A stretch of 64,000 nt of DNA from Psilocybe cubensis. Taxonomy: Eukaryota. A program made the translations under genes and the position numbers. This document shows positions 53,153 through 64,000 of the stretch, piece after piece. The DNA lies in the NCBI GenBank assembly GCA_017499595.2, contig CM039000.1, positions 2,728,001 to 2,792,000 of the forward strand. The letters run 5' to 3'. The notes beneath the pieces were generated by a model. That model was given only the letters and a program-made list of their open reading frames with translations. It was not told the origin of the DNA and did no database searches. Positions within the stretch are counted from its first letter, which is position 1. Every line of letters begins with the position of its first letter.

Positions 53153-54208
53153 ATGTCTACTCCTAAAGTTCATAAGATAGCACAAGAGGGTTTTGGTGCT
53201 GGAACTAACGAGTTGTACGATCGGTGAGTCCACAGTGGATGTCAACTCGGCGGGCTATCCGTGTTTATCTATGTATGAATGATACACAGAATTCGTCCAT
53301 CTTATCAACCCCCTGCTCTAGACTTTATTCGCGAATCTCTAAAGGGGGTAGGCCCATTCAATATTCTCGAGTAGCTAACTCCTTTGCCTTTGTCATTTGA
53401 ATATAACTGATGCTGAAAGCACGGTAGAATCGGTTCTGGAACTGGTATTTTCACTAGGGCAATTCTCGCCGATCCCAAGTGGAATCCCTTGATCAAGGAA
53501 TTGAAAGCGAAGGAGCCAAGTGCAGGGATGCGAGAAGTGTTTTCCAGGACAGTGAAGGACGAACGCGTCTCTACTTCAGAGGGCTTTTTCCATGATACAG
53601 GAATTGAAGATGAATGGGCTGACCTCATCGTCATTGCGCAGGTAAAATATTTGCCCATAGACATATTCTGTTAAACAGGCCTTTCAGGCTTTTCATTGGT
53701 GCCCAGATTACGATGCAGCATCAGCTGAGTTTGATCGAGTCCTTAAACCCACTGGAACTCTTGCTTTCATATGGAATCTAGAAGACAGGTAATCCACCCT
53801 AAGATTGAGTGTCTCGACTATTGATGTTAACATTACCGCAGAGATGGCGCACCTTGGGTTGCCAAAGTTAGGGACCTTTACGAGTTGTATGAACAGGGAA
53901 CACCACAGTTTCGGCATGAGAAATGGCGAGCAACATTCGACACCCCGTCTTACCAGAAAGCTTTCGAGCCGCCAAGAGAAAAGCAATGGACCTACATTTT
54001 GCAAGGAACAAAAGAGGGCGTTGTGGATAGGGCATCAAGCAAGAGTTACATTGCCGTATTACCCGACACCAAAAAGAAGGAGGTCCAAGAAGAAATTAGA
54101 AAGATAGTCGATGCTGACTCCGAAAAAAGATGGATCGACGAGCCGAAGGGTATTTTTGAATACCCTTACAAGTGTTGGGTAGTCCTTGCACACAAGAAGC
54201 AGGTCTAA
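53153..54208 (+). CDS. SAM-dependent methyltransferase (type 11-like)
   Basis: YDR/IRPSY, LE/IGSGTGIFT motif I, AQ/AFHW, RVLKPTG..IWN. Confidence 0.88.
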
Positions 54209-54582
54209 CCATAGTGGTTTCTGAACCGACAACCTTGATTGAATGTGGTAGATAGCTCCTTGACACATATATAGACAATACCCTTTGGGTCGGGTAGAAG
54301 TCGAGTTCCTTGAAAATTGTAATGGGACTTGGCTGACCCAACAGAAGAGAGCCGCCGCAAGTTGCAACGGCGAGTGCTGGGCGAGTGCATCACTGCCTTT
54401 GTCGGATTTAGATGCCTGAAATCAATAACTACAAACAGAGGTCATCAAACCTCACTCGAAAAGGAAAGTCAAGTCAGGCATCGACCATGCTCTCCACAAC
54501 AATTATTACTGCTTGCAAAACCCTGGCTCACTGATTCTCGAGACTCACATTCTTATTATCTCTTATACGCTGCGAATAAGAC

Positions 54583-55638
54583 ATGGCACAACTTGGATTT
54601 GATAGAAGAAGAACCAATGGACCGGAAGAGAGCCTTCCTTATCTTTACGATGAAGACTTGCCAGATAAATGGTCTTCTGGCAAGCCCAGGAAGAGCAGAG
54701 GACCCTCAGATATCCGACCCATTTGTCAGTGGCGCAGTTAGGCTAATATGCTACCCAACGTAATCAATGTTCCAAAGTCCTCCAGCCGGGCTTAATCAGC
54801 CAGGCCACTGGTTCTGCATACATCGAAACCGAACGAACAAAAATCGCCTGTGCCGTGTATGTACAATTCTGCACGCGATTAATCCCTTCATTTACTGACG
54901 TCTTGCTTCTAATGTAGCTATGGGCCCCGTCAATCGAAGAATGTCGCGTTTCATGAAAAGGGCCGTCTCAACGTCGAAGTTAAGTTCGCACCATATTCGT
55001 GCTCAGTGCGCAGAGCGCCTATGCGGGTAACTTTAGCAGTTTATCGCATTTGATCTACTCTCACTTTTACCGAAGGATGCAGAAGATAGATCTGTTGCAA
55101 TGGCAATTCATCAAGCACTGCTATCATCCGTCCGCTTGGAGACTTTCCCCAAAGCTACGATTGATATCTTCATCACAATCATCGAGGAAGATGGGATAGA
55201 GGGTTGCGTAGCCGCTGGATCAATAGCTGCAAGTACCGCACTGGCGCACGCTGGCATTGAAGTGTTTGGTTTAGTTGTATCATGCTCAGCGGTGTGTTGA
55301 ATAACTCCAATATTTTACCATCTTAAACTCACTTGACATCTCCAGGCCGTGATAGGTAGTGAAATCTGGCTAGATCCCACTGCGGAGGAATCAAAACTTT
55401 CTACCGGGGCCCTGGTTCTCTCGTGCATGCCTGCTCTTACGAATATCACGAGTGTTTGGCAAACCGGTGGAATGACTCCCAGTCAAGTACTTTCGGTGCG
55501 CAAACGACAATCACTTGAAGCTCATCCAGAAGAATCTACTGACGATTTGTCTAGTGCATTGAAGCGTGTCAAACACGATGTAATGATATACATGCTGTCG
55601 TGGCGCAGGCACTTCTCGAAGCAGCGAGCAAAACTTGA
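54583..55638 (+). CDS. MTR3: Exosome RNase PH-ring subunit, Mtr3/EXOSC6-like
   Basis: DRRRTNGPEES, GLISQATGSAYIE, YGPR, VKFAPYS, FPKATIDIF, ASTALAHAGI, LDPT. Confidence 0.78.
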
Positions 55639-55804
55639 AGCTTGATTAGTTGCAATAAATTTGTCCTATCCGAGTCTATATTTAGCATAATGTTTGTCTA
55701 GAACGTGTGTTAATAATATAATAATAGTTATTGCTTGGTGGGCGTCGGACGTGATTTCATTCAGGGTGCCAAGTGCGGTTGTTCGAATCTTGCTCCGTTC
55801 TCTC

Positions 55805-58412
55805 ATGTCTAATAGTGCAAGGGACGATTATGTGGTCCTCAAAAACTCCATGACATTTCCACCATCTCCTCCCCTATCACGACATTCAAACGACTCTGAC
55901 GATTCTTTACGCGCTTTGGAAGTTTCTCATGGCCCAGCCTCAACTTCGCATAGAGCTGGCCGGTGCGGAGTTTACTGCGATGTTTCGCCGTTCACCACCA
56001 ACTAACTTTCATGTTTTTATAGTGGAAGGTCGTATTCAATAACTGGATTCGATTTCCAGCATGATCTAGTTCGTCTCATCAATGTAGCCCGTACCATCTT
56101 AATTCATAGAATTCAAATCTAGCTGCCGCTGAGCGCCAGTGTAACTGACCCTGGAAATTTGCACGCTGAGAGCACGGAGAAAAATATCAGTCTGATTAAT
56201 GGTGCGTGTCTGTTCAACCATTAATTACGAGCATTAACCGTGTCCTTGAAAACTTAGGCATTGCTTTGGTGGTGGGCTTGCAGGTGTGTGCGTGCACGAT
56301 ATGTCCGACAAGCAGCATCCTTGACTTTGCTTCCTTTAGATTGGTTCTGGAATATTGTGAGACTTGGTTGTTGTTTCATTCAACTCCCCCCTTAACCACA
56401 TCGTCGCTTTAGCTCATCTCCGGGAGTAGTGGTTGCTAATACCCACAGCGTGGGCGCGAGTTTGATAGTGTGGTTTGCCTCTGGTCTACTGGCTTGGACA
56501 GGGGCAAGCAGTTTCGCTGAACTTGGATCTGCCATTCCTCAAAATGGAGGTGCCCAGGCTTACCTCTCTTACGCTTATGGTCCCCTGGTTTCCTATCTTT
56601 TTGCCTGGACAGCAATCATCGCTCTAAAACCAGGTGGGTGTATCCTTCGGTGGCTTCTATTTTTCAAGTAACGCGTAATTGATGGTAACCTTTAGGCGGC
56701 AATGCTGTTATCAGCCTCATTTTTGCTGAATATCTGAATCGAATGTTTTGGCACAGTACACAAGCCGATGTATCACCGGATGAAATCCCACAATGGGCAA
56801 TCAAACTTACTGCAATTGGGGCAATCGTTGTAGTCACGATTCTCTGCGTCGCTGCTAAGAAGCTGGGAACGCGTGTTGCAGTGGTTTTCACAACTGTTAA
56901 AGTAAGTACCACAGACAACATTGCCTCAGATATGTCGAAATATAATTGATTTCGATTTCCATCCCAGGTTACTTCTCTTGTATGTTCTGGGACAACACTG
57001 AATTTAACTCCCCCACTTATATTTAATTCAAGATTCTTGTGACGGTCTTGGGGATTGTACAACTCGCCCGCGGAAAAGCTTCCAGCTCTCTTCGAGAGCC
57101 CCTTTTTGCTGGGTCGAGTACAAGTCCATCGTCGTATTCTCTTGCCTTCTACTCTGGATTATGGGCCTTTGACGGCTGGGATCAAGCTAATTTTGTGGGC
57201 GGGGAAATTAGCCACCCGGAAAAAAATATACCGCGTGCTATTCACTCTAGCATGATACTTGTAACCGTACGTCACAAGTATCGATTTTCTAATGTTCAAG
57301 GCTTCAAGTATAGTCTAGCTCTTATTCTTGTTAGCTAATATCTCTTATTTTGTTGTTCTGGATAAAGTGCGTACATATTTTTCTCCAAAAATTCCGTTTG
57401 AAACTCAACGGCCTACTTTAGACTACTGTTGGGCTGAGCAATACTGTGGCGATGGATTTTGGGAGAGCTTTGTTTGGACCCATTGGTGGTACACTGTTTG
57501 CATTCATGGTCGCATTTTCTTGTTTTGGAGCCTTGAATGGTTTGTTTGCACCGTTTTATAACACGCGTCACTTAACATTTCGGTTTAGGTTCTTTTTTCA
57601 CTTCGTCAAGATTGGTGTATGCAGCGAGCCGGGAACGCTATCTGCCGGCGGTGTTCGGTAAACTGCATTCGACTCGCCGGACTCCATTGAATGCTGCGCT
57701 TTTACAATCTGGGATCACCATCGCATTCATTTTAATTGGAAGTGGCTTTCGGTCTCTGATCAATTTCTCAGTTGTTGCTTCTTGGGCGTTCTATTTCCTG
57801 ACGGTCAGCTAATAATTATTGTCATTTCCACCTTGATAAATTGTTGAAGTTTTTTTAGGTTTTGGGTCTAGTGATACTGAGAATCAAAGAACCTATGTTA
57901 GAAAGGTATGTGCGAACTAACAGAGAGATTATTATTGTTTCGTCTAATACTTCCATTTAGACCATATAAAACATGGATTATAACTCCCCTCACATTCTGC
58001 GGTGTAAGCTTGTCCTTCAAGTCCTTACGATACATTCACCCAAATCTCTTTCAGGTTGCTCTATTCCTTCTTTGCATGCCCATCATAGCTGCTCCTGCAG
58101 AGGCTATTGCTGTGTTGGGTATGTCAGATTTCCAATTACTTTATCTGGCTCTTAATGAACTCGCACTTTGTAGCCTTTGTGCTTGCAGGTATTCCTGTAT
58201 ACTATATGACACAATCACCGGAAGACGAAGGGCAATCGCGCATAGCTCGTGAGTTCAAGAAGATTTATATTATCTTCTTTATCTGAATTGTTCCATTAGT
58301 ATGGTTTGGAAGTCTTATGGATAGACTTCGCGGTCGTTCAAGAGCAGCGGATGGATGGCAAGCAGTCGCTACAGATAATGAAGAGACAATGGAGCTTCGC
58401 CCTGCTCGGTAG
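55805..58412 (+). CDS. APC/LAT-family amino acid permease (Mup1-like), many small exons
   Basis: GLQ/IGSGIF/SSPG, FAELGSAIPQNGG, YSGLWAFDGW, PEKNIPRAI, SCFGALNG; 12-nt micro-exon 56968-56979. Confidence 0.9.
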
Positions 58413-59008
58413 TGGGAAATACTTCAACACAATACTCACTCACTCCAAATCCAGACGATCCTTACCATACTCGATATAGCGGCGTTAATATCACACATAA
58501 TCCAGTTTCGCCTACTTAATTAGTTACAAATATATCACCAACAAAACCGTTAAGAGCACCGAGGAAGTGTCGCAGTCAAATCAATCAGTGTGCACTATAA
58601 GTTTTACATGAATTTCGGATGACATACGGACCATGTGTTGACCATGTGGGTATTTATTCTCGTCGAAAGCCTAAGGTAGCCTAAGGTCCCCTGGGCCCTT
58701 TTCCTTCCGAGATGTTGCGCCGAGATAACTAGACAAGTTTATCCTGCTGACTAGATCCTTGTTACAGACACAGCTTGTATCTATCATACAACTGTCTGTC
58801 ATAGCAGCCTTTCGAGATCACGTCAACTGCCGATTTCGGACTGGTCACCACGGCCAACCGCGTTATAAAGCAACCTTTCCTTGTTTACTAACCCATATCA
58901 TCTCTCTACACCTACTACGCAGAGACCGCTTCTTTGTGAGCCCTTACGTCCCATCGAGTTTACAATACTGGCTAACGATTTTGATGTCTTTCCTTATCAG
59001 AGATTATA

Positions 59009-59475
59009 ATGGTGTGGCCCCTATTCAGGTTCTAAGTATTAGTAACTATACTAACTATTCAACGATTACGCGCAGAGTGAGCATACCTACAAATTCGATG
59101 TCAAGGTATGCATAGGGGATTTATCTTCCTTCCTAACTGTCTACCGGGCAAAATTAACGAGTGTTACTAGATGACTTGCTCTGGCTGCTCCGGCGCCGTC
59201 ACTCGCGTTCTCGAGAAGGCCAAAGCCGACGGTACGCCCTCGAGTCTGTTTTGACACATGATTTATTCACATCGCATGTGCAAAGGTGTTTCCTCGTTCA
59301 CGGTGAACCTTGAGACCCAGGAGGTTCTTGTCAATGGTACTCTTCCCTACGACGACGTTCTTGCCAGGATTAAGAAGACGGGAAAAGAGGTCTGTCTTTC
59401 GGTAGTTCTGATGGCCACGATCTTAACATAACCTACGTTGCTTGACAGGTTCGTTCTGGAACAGTAGTAGCTTGA
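59009..59475 (+). CDS. ATX1: Copper chaperone Atx1; not captured by the ORF track
   Basis: M/SEHTYKFDVK/MTCSGCSGAVTRVLEKAKAD/GVSSF..IKKTGKE/VRSGTVVA*; MxCxxC and KTGK motifs. Confidence 0.93.
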
Positions 59476-59870
59476 CAAAGCTGTTATATAAATTTGTATT
59501 ATATCGCGCGATGAATGTTACACTGTGTTCAATATTTACCTCGTTGGACGCATGTATAAAATCTGAGGCATAGATTAGATTCGTTTTCATTATTCCGTTC
59601 TTCACAAGGGACTATAAACATGGTCGTTCATAGGCTTACTGGTCCTTTTTGGCTTTCACTCCTCGGTCAACACATCGGAATTTGCGACTTGGAACTACCA
59701 GTTGGTTGCCAGTGTGGACAAGGTCAACAGATTCTTCCGTTGAAATGGCGGATCGCGTCACTCGGTTAAAAAGTTTTGATGGCTAGCGGGCCGTCCGCAA
59801 TCAATTGCTCTCTGTCTGCAGTTGGTGCACGGTTGTCCTGCTGTCCACGGGTTAACTTCACCCTCCTTCA

Positions 59871-60498
59871 ATGCCAATGCTCCCCGGTCCTTCCTCATGT
59901 CTTAACCGAGCGAAGAAATTCTATACAGCTCAACTGAGCGGTTTGAATGCGTTGAAAAGAACAAGGGTTTTTCATGCTTCGAGTGTCCACCACGACCTTG
60001 TCGCACCGCCAGATCCAGTTTCTCATATGCGCCCTATCATATACGATGACCCTCCTTTACCGCAGTCTGGATACATACGACATCCGTACTCTCTTGCAGA
60101 ATTTAGAACTGCTGGGACAGGTCAAGGAGATAACGAATTACAGTTTCGTTTATTGCGACAGCAGCTTGACGCACTGCATCAAAATTTCTGGTTGGATGTG
60201 AGTGGACTAAAATAACCTTTGTCGCAACTTCAATAACGGTTCCAACAAGAGCAACACGCGATTCTATGCAGCCAGAGACGCTGTGGTTAGCAGCTTACCT
60301 GCGACAGCAACACCTCGGGATAAAGAGGAGGCACTCTCTGCATTCTTCAGACAATGGGTTATGCAAGAGAAAGACTGGACGGATAGTTACACAGCCGAGT
60401 GGAGGGCAAGAAACTTTCAGTTGATCGCTCTTTCAGCGCGTGTGGAATATCAAAAAATGAAGAATCGACTATCTAGCTTGTTCAAAACCAGCCAATAG
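59871..60498 (+). CDS. COA8: COA8/APOPT1-family mitochondrial protein
   Basis: DLVAPPDPVSHMRPI, QNFWLD/SNTRF, FFRQW..Y..EW..RNF. Confidence 0.75.
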
Positions 60499-60512
60499 AA
60501 TCAAATACGTGT

Positions 60513-63500
60513 CTAATCCCCGTTCAACCTTCTGTCAGCTTCTTCTTCCGCTAGCTGTTTGATGCGATCGTAGATTTCGCTCAAGTCCCAGCTTTCTACC
60601 CGGTCTTTCTCCCATGTGTAATCTTGGATGAGCGCATTGATGTGGTCAGAAGACATTCCTGGCCACCGAGAGCTGATTTCTTGTGTTGAAGGGATCGATA
60701 AAGATGACTCAGGATCGACGATAAGTTCTTCTTTGCTTTTCATCAACATCGAAAATATCGTCTGGAACATCGCTGTTTCCTGATACCGCCTCATCAACTC
60801 ATCATCGGATACGTCAGCAGTTTGCTTCAGGGCATCCCAACTTGTCAAAAGGTTAACACTACTAGATCGTGTGAGTAGGGCACGGACACTTACTCGTCTT
60901 GTAAATATATTCGTCGCCAGATAGTGTGCAATGCAGACTCTTTACGTCGAGCTGGTATTTCCACAGGTATTTTTCCTCTAATGCCTGAAACATCAGACCC
61001 AGAACCTTCCGGGGCCAAGCTAAGGACATGAAGGCTCGTTGCGAAATCCTCAACGGTCTCCGTATTGTCCTTAAGGGTCAGAATGTCAACAGTATCTTCA
61101 ACTGATAATGCGTCGCCTTTCAGGATGGTTCTTAGGAGATCTTTGAAAATCTGTGGCGATGGCGCGTCAACAGGCAGTTATTTATGGACGACCTCTGGGG
61201 CTCACATAAACAAATCCAACTCTAGAATCCAGTTGCCTTCCTTTCTCTTTGATGATAGTATTTATCTGGCTTTCAATTGACTGACGTGCGCGGGCAGCTA
61301 CCAAAACAGAGCGGAAGTCTTGTACCAGCTTCTCTAAAACACTGACAAAGTCAAGTGCGTCATGGAAATCTAGAGAAAACATATCAATTGTCAAAATTTC
61401 GAATAGGGATAATATTATTACCATCAAGACTTGGCCCTTTGGATGAAGTGGTGGAAGCTTCTTGGAAATTTGTTTCTTGCATGTGGGCCAGATATGACAA
61501 TTTACCAATACTTAGCATAAGCTTTGACGAGTCAGTTTATGGCATGACCAACGAAAAATAGGCGACAATACTTACATGCCTCCCCTCCAGGTTAGGAGCG
61601 CCTTGAGCATCCTGGAAAAGGTCAGAAGCAGCAAGAGCGAAAGCTTTGTTCTCCAGATCATTTATCCAAGTTATGGCAATATTTCGATTTGATTGATTCT
61701 CGAAATACTTGTTCAGAAGATCACGTCCTGCTGGAGCTTCTTGATCAAACATTGTTCGAACTTCGCCTACGAGAATATTTAGATATTTATATTTTCTTTA
61801 ACAGGAAAGTGGTCAGTCATACCATTTTGAATATACCATCGGAAAAGTTCTGAAGTAAAATCTTCCCCGTACTTCTGAATGTAGAGCTTTATGCGGTCGG
61901 TGTGGGGATTTTGATGAGGAGGATAGACAATCTCTTGATGTGATAGTAAAACTAAGCTGGTATAGTCATTATATCGCTCGGCCAACTTAAAGGCTGCTTC
62001 TTGATGTCCAAATTGCCCTAAATGTAATATAAGTAAAATGGTATTGAACATAAGTAGTCATTACATACGCAAGGTTTCAAAGATTTTCGGACGCAGTTCA
62101 GAAAACTCTCGATAAAGAACCTGAGTAGCTGCCGGGGGCTCTGTACTTCTCGCAGAAGAGGTCATTGGTTGATAGATTGTTTGTATAGAAGGAATAGCAC
62201 ACAGAAACAAAACTTACAGTGCAAGCCACTCTATCCTTTCCTTTACGCATTCCAGTAAAACCTTTGCAAGCCCAGGGAATTGAGAGCTTGGTTCTTTTAC
62301 GGTTGTTATTGGTCCACGATCGGATTTTAAAGCTTCTGTGGTCAGGTCAAAGAGTGAACGAGCCGAGTCGATAACACCTGATCTGCTTGTCCATGCTCCA
62401 ATCATCGGAGATTCCAATCCATATACTTCCCAATTGAAATCTCGATATTTGGAGGCTTCGTGGAGAACTGACTGCAGAAACATATCAGTATGCATGTGAT
62501 AAGGTGATATTTCTTACTCACTATGACAATCCGGTTTGCTTCAGGGAGTATCTGAAGCAACGTGTTGCTTGAACGCTTAGCGGCCTCTTTTGCGATACTG
62601 CTGACTTTCTGCAACACATTGCCTATGTCTGATACTCGTGTCCTGAAGAATGCTCTGACGAGATCTTCATGAGAATCATCACCGATTTCTTGCATATATG
62701 CAACCACAGCATCCTTCAAGACGCTCGAGTGTGATATAGACTGATTATAGGCTATCCATAACTTATGGCATGCAAAGAGTTTCTCGGAATCTGTGGCTAT
62801 CCGTTGTCGACTTGCCTGGGTCATCTAGCAACCGGGTGTCAGCCCAAGAATTGATATAAATAAAAAAAGATGGGTCACTAACCTTGTCCAGTACTGTGTT
62901 TTCGTTGATAAAGGAAATAAGCCAGCTGAGCCTGTCCTTACGGCCCTGCATTTGGATTGTCATATCAGGACTTTGCCTAACAATTTCAGAGTCTGGGCGG
63001 CCTTAGCATCTTTGAGACAGATATAAAGGAGTACTGACCAGATTTCATAACAGCATCGCTTAGCTGTTGGGCTGCGTTCATCAATGCATCCCCGCTAAGC
63101 TCTGGTGGAAAACTGAATCGTAGAGGATTCTGGTATAGGATTAGTCGGGCAGACTAAAATATTTGAAATTTTAATCACCAACGGAGAAGGGCCGTAAATA
63201 ATGGCCTGCATCATGATTGATTTAACCAGAGCGGTGTGACCAGTCCTGACATTGTTTCCAGACTGTTAATGGTAATCCCAATGACGCTCGTGTAACTTGC
63301 TCACTCTGGTCTAAAAGACTGAATTTTATCTAAATCCAGAGATACTTTCATCATTGTATTGGCGGTCAAAATGAGAAGTAAGTTGGTTGTTAGGCTGACA
63401 CCAACTCCTAGTGTTCTATCATTGATGCCTTTTAATTCCAGTCGATCACGGTATTCTGATCCTATACATAAAAATAAACAGTGAAACAAAAAAGGATGAA

Positions 63501-64000
63501 AAACAGTGCTAACCTCTGGCACAAAGTGCAACAGCGTCACCAAATTGAACACTGATGATTGATCCAGAATAGATTAGCTGTATTCGTGGATGTACTGGAG
63601 GACCAGGCTTGCTTGTCTATGCATCAAGAAATATTATAAAATAGTATTTCGACACAAAAATGGTCCTACCGTTTGGTAAGGAACGCTGTAGAGATGCTTG
63701 ACCGAAAAATCATTTCCAACAGATTTCAATTCGGCAAGAGCATAAAGACGTTGGAAATCATCGGCAGACACGTCCTTTCCAGAGTATGATATTAGAAGGG
63801 CAATGTTTTGGTCCCTTTTACACATATTACATGTATTAGCAACCATCCCAGGAAAGCATGTGTTCAACTCACTCAAAAATGGCGATGTCAGAGATTTCGA
63901 CATCTTCACTATTGGCGCTAAGCTTTTCTTGAACCTTATTTAGAAGTAACTGGGTGAGGTCGAGATCAAGCACAAGCTCCTCCCAGCCTTCCACCCTCAT
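60513..64000 (-). CDS. NUP133: Nucleoporin Nup133, 5' part beyond the right edge
   Basis: Beta-rich N-terminal part then helical stack; AFKLAERYNDYTSLVLL, YGEDF, WINDL, LSIGKL, WRRIY. Confidence 0.8.

Noticed and set aside
59009-60498. ATX1-COA8 as a copper/cytochrome oxidase module
   Set aside because: Atx1 serves the secretory Ccc2 route, not cytochrome oxidase; adjacency is probably incidental

Overview
Gene-dense, intron-rich eukaryotic DNA from a mushroom-forming basidiomycete (Agaricomycete-like: 50-70 nt GT/GC-AG introns, CTAAC/CTGAC branch points, CT-rich 5' leaders). Splicing the ORF fragments by eye gives about 33 protein-coding genes; I see no RNA genes, transposons or CRISPR. The first 5 kb is a compact kynurenine-pathway cluster: kynurenine 3-monooxygenase (cut by the left edge), kynureninase and kynurenine formamidase. 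Most other genes are housekeeping (PMP3, eIF2B-epsilon, PalI/SUR7, Dsn1, NOP2, FUN14, Hv1, PRE1, PP4R1-like, AAT, AN1 zinc finger, SSO1, ARG4, MFS, sphingosine kinase, HTD2, PRCC, PIG-H, AIG1/FAR-17a, methyltransferase, Mtr3, LAT permease, ATX1, COA8, Nup133). The main hidden signals are: three highly diverged tetraspan paralogs with shared intron positions, interleaved with Hv1 and PRE1, two of which share an exact 14-bp upstream motif; a PTS2 peroxisomal signal in an optional N-terminal extension of aspartate aminotransferase; and an Ist1 domain fused to a TBC domain that appears to lack its catalytic fingers. Gene models and family calls come from manual reading and remembered motifs, not from database searches.
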